Assembly (NCBI GenBank): GCA_051362555.1
Contig: CM120642.1
Span: forward strand, 4,464,001-4,528,000
Length of the DNA stretch: 64,000 nt
Reading direction: 5' to 3'
Origin: Lingula anatina
Taxonomy: Eukaryota; Animalia; Brachiopoda
Position numbers and translations under genes: made by a program. Below, piece after piece: positions 47,595 through 61,040 of this stretch (its first letter is position 1; every line of letters starts with the position of its first letter). The notes under the pieces were generated by a model. It had not been told where the DNA came from, made no database searches, and saw nothing but the letters and a program-made list of their open reading frames with translations.

Positions 47595-50529
47595 ATGAAG
47601 TTTGCAGTGCAAGCCACCTCCAGCACCAGCAGTGCCAGAGCAGGTGTCTTGACTGAGCTGGGGAGACTGGCAGACAGGGAAATACACACACCTGCCTGTC
47701 TCCTTTACACCACCAGTGGTATGTCAGAATATACAACCACTTAATTTCCATTTATTTTTATTGTTGTTATAATTCACAGTTGTTATTATTAATGTTTTTT
47801 TTCTTCTTCGCCATCACATGTGCACTTTCAGAGATAACACTAAATGTATATGTGGAAATCCATTTGACTTCAAACTTATAGAACCAGTAAATACTTTTGA
47901 TATGCTTTTGTGATACTTGCAGTTGCAATACATTAATACATGTGAGGATTCTTATATAGAACTGTTGGGGGCTAACTATGAGACTAGCACTTGCACCAAT
48001 AGAATTTAAATTATTTTTCAAAAGTACCACATCAAATAGTTTACAAATTAACACTTGTATTTCAGCACAGACCTATAGAGATATAACTAAGTTGTTATTT
48101 TATTTCATCACTTTTTGAGTACATGGATAAATTTACAAGTGCATGTACAGTAGTACTGAAAGACAATAATCAAATGTATACATGTTTTTACTTGTCCATA
48201 AAGCATTTTGCAGAGTTTTACCTGGTAGTCCTTCAGTAAACACATTTTTCCCCAGTTTGGACCCCTGTTAAAACTCTGTATAATGTGATGTACACTATTC
48301 ACAGGCAGTGCCCCTTACCTGACACACAGTTTGCTGGCCCAGTATATGAAAGAAGCTCCCCTTGTTGCACACCTGCCAATTGGATTTGCGTAAGTGTTTT
48401 ATTATTATTATCTTTATAATTAATGAATGTACTAATTTGAGAGGAAGTGGTGAGGAAAGGGGTTCATGTTCATGACAAGAGGAAATATGATCATATAGAC
48501 AAATATTAAAACTGGATGGAACATATTAGGTTATAATTGATACACAGTATTAAGTTAATTGAGACTAGAGATGTTTCATTACTGTGTGGGAACAACATGT
48601 ATACAGTTGAATTTCTAAGATTGGCCATACACATGATATTTAGAAAAATTCAAAATTTTCTTTTTGAGGGTAAATTGAGATTGTTCTTTTTTTTACACAT
48701 TTTTAAGGGCAGAACATCAGGAGAGTTTAGAGGCCTTTGGAAAAGGCATGGGCAAGTATTCTGTCATTGAGGTACATACTTTCTTTTTAAAATGATTGCA
48801 TTTTGTTATAAGACTGAAACTGTAACAGTTATAAATTTTAATTATTTCCAAAATGATTACACTATAAAAGTCTTTGTTCTTGGTTTAATCTTCACTGAGT
48901 TACACTGTTTATATAGTGTAAATTTTAAAATTATAAGTTAACTGTTAAGGAAAAAATATGAATAGGGGAATATTAATAATGAAAATGTTTTGGTGTTGGT
49001 GTGAACCAAAACTCCAACTGAACATTTCAGAATCGGCTAATATTTTCCACATTCCACGATTCTGCTGAAGGATTTCCGACTGGGTTTAATGACAAGAACG
49101 GAGCCTCGGTGTGGTCCAGAGGGGGGAAGATTAAGGTATCGACATATTGGATTTTTTTTTTCTTTAAACAGTTAACCAGGTAGGGACATTATCTGCTTGT
49201 ATGATTCAATTGACTGTAAGTTTACCACTGATCTAGTTGAAAAAAATACATTACTTTATTTATTCAGTGTTAATAGAAAAAGTCCAATTAGACTACGGTA
49301 AAGTCTTGAAAATTTCGTCGCTTAAAAATTAATTAATATTTTTAATTGTGTAAATCAGACTAATTTTTCAAAATTACCTCTTCCCCACTCCTGGGTATGA
49401 CGAAATTTTCAAAAATCCGGCCTTTGGGCTTTTATCCTTAGCGACTGTTATCTTTGACCTTCCTGTATGGTGGGATATTCGTTACTACTTCCTAAGTCAT
49501 TTTCTGGTGGTAAATAATAATCTATTTATTAGTGCATCTCGATTAAGTTATATTTAACTTACTGTACCCGAAAACATGTTGAGAATTATTTTCTCGGTGA
49601 GAAACACACCTCCTGATAGAGGAGAAGGATCAAGATAAGCCTAATTGCAACCTTGCATCATAACCTGGATGCGACATGTTAAAAAAAATTACGCACTTGG
49701 GAACGTTTGTTGCATGCAGGGCTTTTCCCAGGATTGAGTGTCAGGCCTTCTAAAATTACCATCTGTAACTTCCTAAAAATTTACAGGGAGTTAAAATAAT
49801 AATATTCCGTTGACGATCTTCCGCAATTTAAGTTCCTTGAACTAATATAAAAACTGCATTTTTTTATTGCTTACATCGCGAACAATCTCCCGATGAAGAT
49901 GTGAAAATTGCCTTTTCGTCTAGCAAGGATCGCGAACGATCTCCCGCTGACGATCTTCCGCGAACGAAGTTCCCTAAATCCCTTGAACTAATATGAAAAT
50001 TGCATTTCATTCTTGCTTACATCGCGGACGATCTCCCAATGATGATATGAAAATTGCCTTTTCGTCTCGCTCGGATCGCGAACGATCTCCCTCTGACGAT
50101 TTTACGCGAACAAAGTCCTGACGATAGTACGCAAACGATTCTCCGCCGAAGATATGCTGTGAGCGGGGAAGGGGGGGTTAAAGACAAAACTAAATATATG
50201 TATTATTTATAATATTCAAAGAGGGAGACGGGTTTAAAATAATGATCCCCCGCTGACGATCGTTCGCAAACTAAGTTCCTTGAACTAATATGAAAACTGC
50301 ATTTTATTATTGCTTACATCGCGAACAATCTCCCAATGAAGATATGAAAATTGCCTTTACGTCAAGCTAGGATCGCGAACGATCTCCCTCTGATATGATC
50401 TTACGCGAACAAAGTCCTAAGGATATTACGCGAACGATTCTCCGCCGAAGATATACCGTGAGCGGGGGAAGGGGGGCGGATTAAAGATCAAATGAAAATG
50501 AATATTTTTTAAAAATCCAAAGTGTGTGT

Positions 50530-50560
<31 letters not shown>

Positions 50561-53500
50561 GGGTTAAATAATCTCCCGCTGACGATCTTCCGCGAACAAA
50601 ATTCCCTAAATCCCTTGAACTAATATGAAAATTGCATTTCATTCTTGCTTACATCGCGAACGATCTCCCGATGATGATAAGAAAATTGCCTTTTCGTCTC
50701 GCTCGGATCGCGAACGATCTCCCTCTGACGATATTACGCGATCGATTCTCCGCTGAAGATATGCCGTGAGCGGGGGAAGGGGGGGTTAAAGATAAAATGA
50801 AAAATAAATATTATTTATAAAATTCAAAGGGGAAGGGGGGGGGTTAAAATAATGATCTCCTGCTGACGATCCTCCACGAACGAAGTTCCCTTGAACAAAT
50901 ATGATAAGTGCATTTTTTTCTCGCTTACATCGCGAACGATCTCCCGCTGAAGATATGAAGATTGCCTTTTCGTCTCTCTCGAATCGCATCTCCCGCTGAT
51001 GATCTTATGCGAACGGAGTCCGCTACAAATATGAAAGTTATCTTCTCGTCTCGTTTGGATCGCGAACGATCTGTTGACGATATTACGGGAACGATTCTCC
51101 GCTGAAGATATGAAAATTGCCATCTCGTCCCATTCGCATTGCGAACGATCTCCATGTACGAGCCAGGTAATCGTTAAATGGTCCTAAATTGAACATGGAC
51201 ATGAATAGAAGTGACGGGTACATTTCACTTCGAGATAATATCTTGACTTTTTCATTGTGTTATCCGGGTACATTTCACTTTGAGATAATATCTTGATTTT
51301 TTCATTGTGTCTTCCTCATTTAGGACAGCCGCCGATAACAATAACGGCGTTACAAATGACAAAGCCGCAGCCTGTGACTTCTATTTGCCGGCTTGATAAC
51401 GCACCTTAAGCCAGGTAATAGTAATGCAACTAAAGACAAAAGGCCGACGTTCCCGCAATTGAGAACGGGAATTCACATCTAAACCATCTATATTGTGAGT
51501 AACCGCTTGCAGGGGCGCACTATTGTTCCTATCTCCCATTGAGAGTGTTATCGGCAATGATATCCTGATCGTATCATTGTCTTGAATCAACTGACGCATT
51601 ACCTTCATGTTTGAGCTGGACAACGCGGCCATATTTGGTGACGAACTTTTCAAAAATTATCGAGTACCTCATTTTTAAGGTCGACGAAGTTTTCAAAGGG
51701 AAAAAAATTACGTCGGCGGCAAATCGTCTGCCGACGAAATTTTCAAGAACGACGAAATTTTCAAGACTTTACCGTAGTCTAGTGGAAATATAAGCTATTG
51801 TTGATTTTTTCCATTAGCACTTAAAATTCCTGTCTAGACTAGTAATTGTGATCTGGGATGGTAGAGTTTGGAGGCATGTTAATTAGTCCAAGTAACTAGA
51901 AAGCTAAAAATTTGAAGGTGCAGACTAATTTTTTAAGTGGCAAAAATGATCAAATCATTCGAAGGTAAACGTAATTTAATGTCTTACGCTTAGGACAAAC
52001 AAAATTGTCACATTTTACAAAATTGTCACATTTTAAATTTACATGACATTCATTGTTATTGTCTGTTGAACATTTTGATGCTAGCGTTGAGAAGACGTAG
52101 AAGTTAGCATTTCATGCTTTTACCTCTCAATGTTTCAGCTTGACGTAGAGCACTTCATAAAGCTGCAAGAGGCTATACGACCAGACTGGTACCAACCGCT
52201 CTGCGATAGTGATACAGACAGGAATTCTTCCAAGAAACGATTACAAAAAGCTGTAGACAGAACATTACATTTTCTTGACTCATGTATAGAAAAACATAGT
52301 GCATCTCAGGTCAGAGAAAAGTTTTTTATTGATCAGTTAACTCATGTTTTCATGTCATGATATTAAAACATATCAAATACATTATAGCATTAGATTAGAC
52401 AAATATCCAAAAATTGGAAGAAATGTATACTGCATGTGTGATTCCATTGCTTAATGATAATTTGATACAATATGTATAAATATTTACTTTATTATTTTCA
52501 ATCTTAAATTAGGTTCTAAAAAGTAGTGCAATATTTGGTGTGATAGAAGGTGGATATGATGTTAATGAAAGAATCAGAAGTGCCAGACAGACGTGTCTCA
52601 GGCCAGTAGAAGGTAACATTGACTTTTGGATATAAATTTGGTGTGCAATGGTGTGGTTTTATTTGGAATAAAACAATTTTATTTATTTATTTATTTGGAT
52701 TTTAGGAAGTTCTTTTTTCTTTATTTAACTTTACACCTAAAATGGATAAATATTATATAATGTGCTAGAAAGCTGTAGTGCTTAGTATAGTGCAGTGAAA
52801 ATAAGTTGTAAGTTCAGTCAATGGGTGTAAAATTTATTACAGAAATATTATTAGTTGATTAATACATCAGGTATTATGTGCTGTAATAATTTGTAATACT
52901 TTGTAACACTTCCAGGGTTTATACTGGAGGGTTTTCACAGATTTGGGCCAGAGATGGAACAGTTTCAGATCATGGATATAGAGGCAGTACTGAAGGATAC
53001 AACAGTAAGGGGAGATACCAGTGTTTTTGAATTATCATTTTATTGATGGTTACAGTTCACATAGAGTGCATGAAAATAGACTAAATGATTATTATCATTG
53101 AAAATTATTTTCACTCAATATTTTGAGCATGTCTTTCAGAAATTATGATAATATACTACTGAATACTATTATTGTACCACCAGCGTTAGCGCTGGCGGTA
53201 CACATGGTTTCGGTCTCGTCCGGATCGTTCCGCCGGCTCCGCCGGCTCCGCCGGACGGCTACCGTTACCGCTTCTCCTCCTAGACGGTAAGGCCCCCCAT
53301 ACCCATCTCATGGATTTAGGTCACCTATAATCTCAACTCGTTCCACGTAAAATTTGGGCTTTGTCGGTATTGGGGTCTGGGTGTGGCACTCATTGCAATG
53401 CACCCTTGTCCAAAAATGGCAAAATTAAATGCTAATTATCTACCCTACGGAAGGAGTTACGGGAAAATTTTCTACAGACGGCTTTCCAAAAGTCATATGT

Positions 53501-56500
53501 GTAGATTTCAAATATACCCTCGGATTTGACCTTTGACCTTTACTTCAAGGTCAAATGGGCCAAAATTTTCAAAAAAATGAAATTTTTTACGAAAAAAAAA
53601 TTTTTTGCCCTGTTATTCAGACACCACACAGACTTAACCAATAATATTATTGGAAAGTGTTACCCTTCAGGTCATCTTTCATCTCCGTGAATTTGGGGTC
53701 AATCGGTGCATTTTCACAGGAGTAGCGGCCATAAGATACCGAAACTGAAAACTGTCTCTAATTCGGGAACCGTTAATGCTAGAGACCCATTCTTTTTTGC
53801 ATTTTGTAGAGCATGTAAAGCCCAACACTGGAGGTGGTCTCGGTTTTTTTGTATTCCATACGGTTTTCGAGTTACGCTGTATCAAAAAGTACATATTGGT
53901 GGTGAAAGGAAAATGTACGGAAGCCCACTGGTGCCATATGTAGAAAAAAAAATTATCTCGAAATTTCGAGATACTGTTTTGAAATTTGAACAAAAAAATT
54001 TACCACCAGCGTTAGCGCTGGCGGTACACATGGTTTCGGTCCCATCCGTTCCGTTCCGCCGGCTCCGCCGCCATGTTACCGTTACCGCTTCTCCTCCTAG
54101 ACGGTAAGGGCCCCCGTACCCATCTCATGGATTTAGGTCACCTATAATCTCAACTCGTTCCACGTAAAATTTGGGCTTTGTCGGTATTGGGGTCTGGGTG
54201 TGGCACTCATTGCAATGCACCCTTGTCTAAAAATGGCAAAATTAAATGCTAATTATCTACCCTACAGAAGGAGTTACGGGAAAAATTTCTATAGACGGCT
54301 TTCCAAAAGTCATATGTGTAGATTTCAAATATACCCTCGGATTTGACCTTTGACCTTTACTTCAAGGTCAAATGGGTCAAAATTTTCAAAAAAATGAAAT
54401 TTTTTACGAAAAAAAATTTTTTTGCCCTGTTATTCAGACGCCACACAGACTTAACCAATAATATTATTGGAAAGTGTTACCCTTCAGGTCATCTTTCATC
54501 TCCGTGAATTTGGGGTCAATCGGTGCATTTTCACAGGAGTAGCGGCCATAAGATACCGAAACTGAAAACTGTCTCTAATTCGGGAACCGTTAATGCTAGA
54601 GACCCATTCTTTTTTGCATTTTGTAGAGCATGTAAAGCCCAACACTGGGGGTGGTCTCGGTTTTTTTGTATTCCATACGGTTTTCGAGTTACGCTGTATC
54701 AGAAAGTACATATTGGTGGTGAAAGGAAAATGTACGGAAGCCGACTGGTGCCATATGTAGAAAAAAAAATTATCTCGAAATTTCGAGATACTATTTTGAA
54801 ATTTGAACAAAAAAAATTTTTATCTCGAAATTTCGAGATAGCATTTTGAAATTTGAACAAAAAAAAAATTATCTCGAAATTTCGAGATAGCATTTTGATA
54901 TTTGAGCAAAAAAATTTATCTCGAAATTTCGAGATAGTATTTTGAAATTTGAACAAAAAAAATGCTATCTCGAAATTTCGAGATAATTTTTTTTTTCAAC
55001 ATATGGCACCAGTCGGCTTCCGTAAAAATGTGCAGTACGGTAATGGATAATAAATTTTGAACTCCGGAAAAATAAAACATAATGCTTGGCAAAGCAGACA
55101 ACTTGTGGTCAAAAATGACATTATTTTATCAAATTTAAACTTCTGCAACTTCAGAGAACCTCCCATTTCAAGAACTTTGACCAAAATGACCTTTTCTTTA
55201 TTTTAATTAATTTTTTCTGTAGGAAATTTATGGCACATTATGGTAACTCCAAAATTATAACATTTAGTCCCTTATATCTCCAAAACTGGCAGAGATAGGT
55301 CCATAGTTACTATTGAACTTGAATAGGAAGTCATATACTGGCAATCTTACTGTGACCTTGACATTGACCTTTGACCTACTTTTCACCATGAACTGAACTT
55401 TGCAAATTTTGCTTCCCTTTTATCTCCAAAACTGGCAGAGATAGATCCATAGTTACTATTGAAGTTGAATAGGAAGTCATATACTGGCAATCTTACTGTG
55501 ACCTTGAAATTGACCTTTGACCTACTTATCACCATGAACTGAACTTTGCAAATTTTGCTTCCCTTTTATCTCCAAAACTGGCAGAGATAGGTCCATAGTT
55601 ACTATTGAACTTGAATAGGAAGTCATATACTGGCAATTTTACTGTGACCTTGAAATTGACCTTTGACCTACTTTTCACCTTGAACTGAACTTTGCAAAAT
55701 TTGCTTCCCTTTTATCTCCAAAACTGGCAGAGATAGGTCCATAGTTACTATTGAACTTGCATAGGAAGTCATATACTGGCAATTTTACTGTGACCTTGAA
55801 ATTGACCTTTGACCTTCTTTTCACCATGAACTGAACTTTGCAAATTTTGCTTCCCTTTTATCTCCAAAACTGGCAGAGATAGGTCCATAGTTACTATTGA
55901 AGTTGAATAGGAAGTCATATACTGGCAATCTAAATGTGACCTTGAAATTGACCTTTGACCTACTTTTCACCATGAACTGAACTTTGCAAATTTTGCTTCC
56001 CTTTTATCTCCAAAACTGGCAGAGATAGGTCCATAGTTACTATTGAAGTTGAATAGGAAGTCATATACTGGCAATCTTACTGTGACCTTGAAATTGACCT
56101 TTGACCTACTTATCACCATGAACTGAACTTTGCAAATTTTGCTTCCCTTTTATCTCCAAAACTGGCAGAGATAGGTCCATAGTTACTATTGAACTTGAAT
56201 AGGAAGTCATATACTGGCAATTTTACTGTGACCTTGAAATTGACCTTTGACCTACTTTTCACCTTGAACTGAACTTTGCAAAATTTGCTTCCCTTTTATC
56301 TCCAAAACTGGCAGAGATAGGTCCATAGTTACTATTGAACTTGCATAGGAAGTCATATACTGGCAATTTTACTGTGACCTTGAAATTGACCTTTGACCTT
56401 CTTTTCACCATGAACTGAACTTTGCAAATTTTGCTTCCCTTTTATCTCCAAAACTGGCAGAGATAGGTCCATAGTTACTATTGAAGTTGAATAGGAAGTC

Positions 56501-57908
56501 ATATACTGGCAATCTAAATGTGACCTTGAAATTGACCTTTGACCTACTTTTCACCATGAACTGAACTTTGCAAATTTTGCTTCCCTTTTATCTCCAAAAC
56601 TGGCAGAGATAGGTCCATAGTTACTATTGAAGTTGAATAGGAAGTCATATACTGGCAATCTTACTGTGACCTTGAAATTGACCTTTGACCTACTTTTCAC
56701 CATGAACTGAACTTTGCAAATTTTGCTTCCCTTTTATCTCCAAAACTGGCAGAGATAGGTCCATAGTTACTATTGAAGTTGGATAGGAAGTCATATACTG
56801 GCAATTTACTGTGACCTTGAAATTGACCTTTGACCTACCTTACAATGAACTTAACTTTGATTGCACCATTTTTAGTTATATATATTTTTTGCATATTTTG
56901 AAAATTCTTGTTGATTGCATTTTTACAGCTTGTCAAGCACAAGACTGGTGGCTGCACCCCTTATTTTGTGTATGTGGGGGTCTATACGAATGCGCTTGCT
57001 CCAGCTGGTGGTACAATATTCGGAGGCGGTATCGCCTCTCTGATCCTCTAGTTATTATTATTATTAATATTATTATTATTATTGATTTATTGTAGTATTG
57101 AGTTTTGCTTCTTATCACTAGTTTAAAAGTAGTCATCATTTTAGATATTTCATATTGATTTAAAATGCAGGAAATTCATAATGATAAAAACAGTAATTAA
57201 AAAAGCATGAATTTATTTCCAGGCAGTCCTTCCAGACCACAAGGTACGTTACCTGCCTGGAATATGGAGTCCACAGGCTATAATAAAAGCAGTGCAGTGC
57301 GGGATAGATTTATTTGACAGCACGTATCCTTGACATTGCTTTATACCCTCGGTATTATATAGAACTTTTTATCATTGTTTCATATAAATGTTTTGTAAAA
57401 TAAGATAAAAGTTGTGTCCTTGACTGGTATCTTCAGCTATCCTTACTTACTCACAGAGAGAGGGTGTGCTCTTGTGTTTCCCTTCAAGGTTTCACCTGGT
57501 CTCACTGATGAAAATATTTGGAACAATGAAGCCTCATATCACATTGACTTGAATGATAAAAGGTAATGTTTAAGTATGGTGTATTTTTATTATTTTTATT
57601 ATTATTGTTACCTTTTTGGTAATTAATGTTGTTTCATAACATAATATAAGAGTGAGTATATACACACACAGACTTTTTCATATTTATTTAAATGTATTTG
57701 TAAAACATTGCATGTCGACTTCTTTATTTTGATTTGGCATAATGTTTATATCTATCTGTGCATTTTTTTTCAGATATTTTGATGACTTCACACCACTTTT
57801 AAAAGGTTGTGAATGTTACACCTGCCAGAATTACACCAAGGCCTACTTAAACCACCTGTGCAACACTGGGGAACTTCTCAGAGGAGTGCTGCTCATGATG
57901 TAAGTATG

Positions 57909-57939
<31 letters not shown>

Positions 57940-58441
57940 TACTCCACCTGGCCCCAAAGATTTTTTTCTCTGAATATTCACAGATACTTCACTGGCTAAT
58001 TTTGTGCACATTTCTGTACTGTACATCTAGCCAGAATTTTTGCCGGGATTGACATCATCTCACAACTAGCCTCTGGTAAAGAGAGGGAAGAAAAAGAAGG
58101 GCTTTTTGAACTTGTCAGCATTTTCTTCTGAGCCTTTTTCCCATCAATTTGTGATAATCCTGGTGGCAAAACTTCAGTGTCAGTAATAAGGGGACCACAA
58201 ATACAAGTATGAATATTTAAGTTCTAATGGTATGCATGAAAAGGCGTTAATTTATCTGTATCTGCTGGGTCTACAGTAATTATGTATTAAATATTGTTTG
58301 ACTATTTTTTATTTTCTTTACAGACACAACTTCCACCATTTTTTCTCATTCTTTGAGACCCTGAGGAAAAGCACAGAAGAAAACAAACTGGAAACTTTCA
58401 GGAAATTGGTTGAAAGAACTGAAGTGACAAAACCGTCTTGA
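47595..58441 (+). CDS. QTRT2: Queuine tRNA-ribosyltransferase accessory subunit 2; exons 47595-47718, 48305-48389, 48708-48771, 49031-49135, 52139-52309, 52513-52612, 52916-53004, 57223-57323, 57437-57562, 57774-57899, 58324-58441
   Basis: [63 protein letters not shown] and the Zn site [26 protein letters not shown]. It lacks the DSGGFQ catalytic motif of QTRT1. Confidence 0.93.
49289..51781. mobile_element. Non-autonomous TIR DNA transposon (~2.5 kb) in QTRT2 intron 4
   Basis: TAGACTACGGTAAAGTCTTGAAAATTTCGTCG (49289-49320) and its perfect reverse complement (51750-51781), TA-bounded. No transposase is evident. Confidence 0.82.
49805..51155. repeat. Complex CpG-rich tandem repeat inside the TIR element
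   Basis: Many variants of ATCGCGAACGATCTCCCGCTGA(A/C)GAT alternate with ATATGAAAATTGC. G-run blocks recur every ~300 bp (50160, 50460, 50770). Confidence 0.88.
53175..54815. repeat. ~820-bp direct duplication of the HINE 5' part
   Basis: TACCACCAGCGTTAGCGCTGGCGGTACAC starts at 53175 and 54001. ORFs 53679-53993 and 54496-54810 are near-identical. Confidence 0.93.
54733..55024. mobile_element. TA-flanked MITE with five internal 20-bp palindromes, nested in the HINE
   Basis: TIRs are TACGGAAGCCGACTGGTGCCATATGT and ACATATGGCACCAGTCGGCTTCCGTA. TATCTCGAAATTTCGAGATA occurs at 54771, 54821, 54870, 54917 and 54966. Confidence 0.8.
55272..56840. repeat. 146-bp tandem array, ~11 copies (TGACCTTGA/TGACCTTTGACC type)
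   Basis: CAAAACTGGCAGAGATAG starts at 55281, 55427, 55573, 55719 and so on to 56741, an exact 146-bp period. Confidence 0.97.
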
Positions 58442-58984
58442 TAGTACAGCTTGTTGTATTTTCTTTTCTTTGCGTGAAGGACTGCCTGTAGGCTACGACT
58501 GTAAACATTTATCCTGTAAGATTTTGGAGCTCATTCCGTACATATATGAAAAGAATGGATATAGCGCAAAAAATGAATAAAAACGGGGTGCGCAGTAGAA
58601 AGTATTTTTTAAATAAATGCATCTGTATACATATGTTCAGTTGAATAAAACACTGCGCATAGAATTATGCTTCTTTTTTTATTCCTTTGTTTTTCCACGA
58701 TTTTTCATATTTTTTTCAGTAATTTACTTCACTGTACGTTTCTCTTATTTGTGCCATGCACATACATTTCAATTATGATGGTGAAACCAGCGTTTTAGTG
58801 GATAATGGTTCACCATAGAAGCTCAGAGATAATTTGTTGTATCGTATACCACGTAGAAGAAATGCCCCCATTCGTGCACTACCCACCCTTTTCATTAGGC
58901 CTATTTTCAATAAAAAGGCTGATACCTCATAAAGTAGGTCGTCTCTTTGTTACATCGTAAACAGAAACGGATAACCCGTAGAAA

Positions 58985-59758
58985 ATGGCGTCTGTTAAAG
59001 GAAGTAAGACTTCATCTAAAGGAAACTCAGTTTTATTGAAGAACAGAGTGTTCTTAACCAAAAACTTGCACGCTGACGAGGTCATAGAGCTCTTGCTCCA
59101 GGAAAGGAAACTTGCCCGTTCTGAATATGACGACATAGTTGGTCAGACTACGCGCGAGAATAAGGTGAAGAAGTTGTTAGATATACTTGGAACGAAGGAC
59201 CATAGCGCTTATAACGTCTTTAGAAAGGGGCTGGAAGAGGGCGAATGTGACCAGCGCTTTATTATTGAGAAACTGGACAAAGCTGTGAGCCAGACGGCTG
59301 AACGTCGGCTAAAAGGTGATAAAATAGTCTACATTGTAGCTTTTTAACGTGATGCATACGTCACAACCATATCTATAGCTTATCCTATTACTGTTTAGTT
59401 CACTCTCGAGAGTTTGATTTTCTAATGATCCCTCTTTCCCTATATCTCTATTTTTAATGAGCTTGTTTCTTGTGAATGAATTGGCCGTGTTACAATATGC
59501 ACATCGAGTATAGTGACAGCACATACATGTATATATATATATAGGTAAAAGTTATGACAATCGCGAAGACGTGACAGGCCTACTTTCTAGCTGTTCGTAT
59601 TGTGTATACCCTAAATGTATATTCTCAGGTGAGTCTATTCCTCGCCTTGAGCCTGGGTGTCATTAAGAGTCACATTAAGTGACATTAAGAGTCTGCTAAA
59701 GCGATGGACTTGTGATAATGAATGTTGGTCGTATGCTTATTGTTTATCTTTAAATACT

Positions 59759-59807
<49 letters not shown>

Positions 59808-61003
59808 CATAGTAATATTCCTGGGGGCGACTGAAAGCGGAAAGACTAGTCTCTTAGACAGATACGTAGATGACAAGTTTCTAGCAAAGACCGCTCCAAC
59901 GCTAGGGCCAGATTACCGAATTAAAACTGTGAATTCTGAAGATTTTGATGAATCTGTGAAGCTACAACTTTGGGACTGTCCTGGAAAGGGGACGTATATT
60001 TCAATGTCCCGCACGTGAGTAAAATTTCGTATTCTCGTCCGTTGTCGCGCACACGCGCACGACGTTGTTATATATATTGTCTGTATATGATTGAGCAATT
60101 TTTCTGCATGGTGTACAAGTTGTAGCTCCAATTCTGTACAAACAACGATTCTTCTTTAATACATTAATATAAGATAATTGCAAACAATTGCCTTTGGTCA
60201 TTTATGCCGCCTTAGATCTAAGAGAAAATACCTACAGAATGGATCAAATCTCTGCCAGAAGACAATTTATTGATTGTAACAAATTTTGGCCGCTCGCTTT
60301 GTCTTTTTGCGTTTTGAGTTATCAAAGTTGTAGTGTGGTTCACATAAACAAATGCGCAAATAAACATATTAGACCTATCCATCAAATTTTTTTCTCTCCA
60401 TTTAATTTTCTCACAGCACTGATTATTTTTTATAATTACAGATATTACCGCGCTGTGGATGCAGTTATTTTGGTTTACGACGTAACAAGAAAAAAGACGT
60501 TTGAAGAAGTTCGGCACTTTTTACAAGACTTCTACCAGAACAGTCGAGGTTGCGACGATGCAGTGATAATGTTGATTGGCAACAAACAAGATCTGGTCCT
60601 AGAGGATAATAGAAATAAGCGCGAGGTGGAACCCATCGAGGCCTCAGAATTCGCCAGTAAGCGTCCATGAGTCAGATGCGTCAACTTAAAATAAAGATAC
60701 TAATTAATTGTTTAATTGAATATAGTTTAGCGTAAGAGAACTGTCTTTTTTTATCGATAATAAATCGTACATATTTAAAGGAAACTCCATCATATTGTCA
60801 TATTAATATCCATTTGATAACACTCTATATTCTGGATGAAGAATGTGCCCCCCCCCCCCCCCCCTGTTGCATCAGGTACTAAATCACTTTGCTGATTTTT
60901 TTCTTTTTAGAACAACATGACATTGACTTCACGCATGAGACATCTGCAAAAACGGGCGCTAATGTTGAAGCCGTGTTCAGAATCCTCATAAATGGTCGGT
61001 CCC

Positions 61004-61040
<37 letters not shown>

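Larger units (their letters stand above)
53170..57053 (+). mobile_element. Helentron-associated non-autonomous element (HINE/DINE-like) in QTRT2 intron 7
   Basis: 5' subTIR TATTGTACCACCAGC with adjacent inverted copy (GCTGGCGGTAC), a TCCG-type microsatellite, a central tandem array, the 3' subTIR GCTGGTGGTACAATA (57004-57018), a terminal hairpin GAGGCGGTATCGCCTC and CTAGTT. Confidence 0.85.

Noticed and set aside
49805-51155. Repeat-spacer-like pattern and short ORFs (50786-51155)
   Set aside because: This is a degenerate tandem satellite, and the ORFs are by-products of the repeat.
53679-54956. 100-130 aa ORFs in the HINE as a possible transposase or Rep/helicase
   Set aside because: No HUH, helicase or DDE motifs are present, and they lie in non-coding element sequence.
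54771-54985. Regularly spaced 20-bp palindromes resembling a CRISPR array
   Set aside because: The spacers are near-identical A/T-rich copies rather than unique, the array lies within MITE TIRs in a eukaryotic intron, and there are no cas genes.
47595-58441. Calling the TGT-family gene QTRT1
   Set aside because: It lacks the catalytic DSGGFQ motif, and its motifs match the accessory subunit QTRT2.
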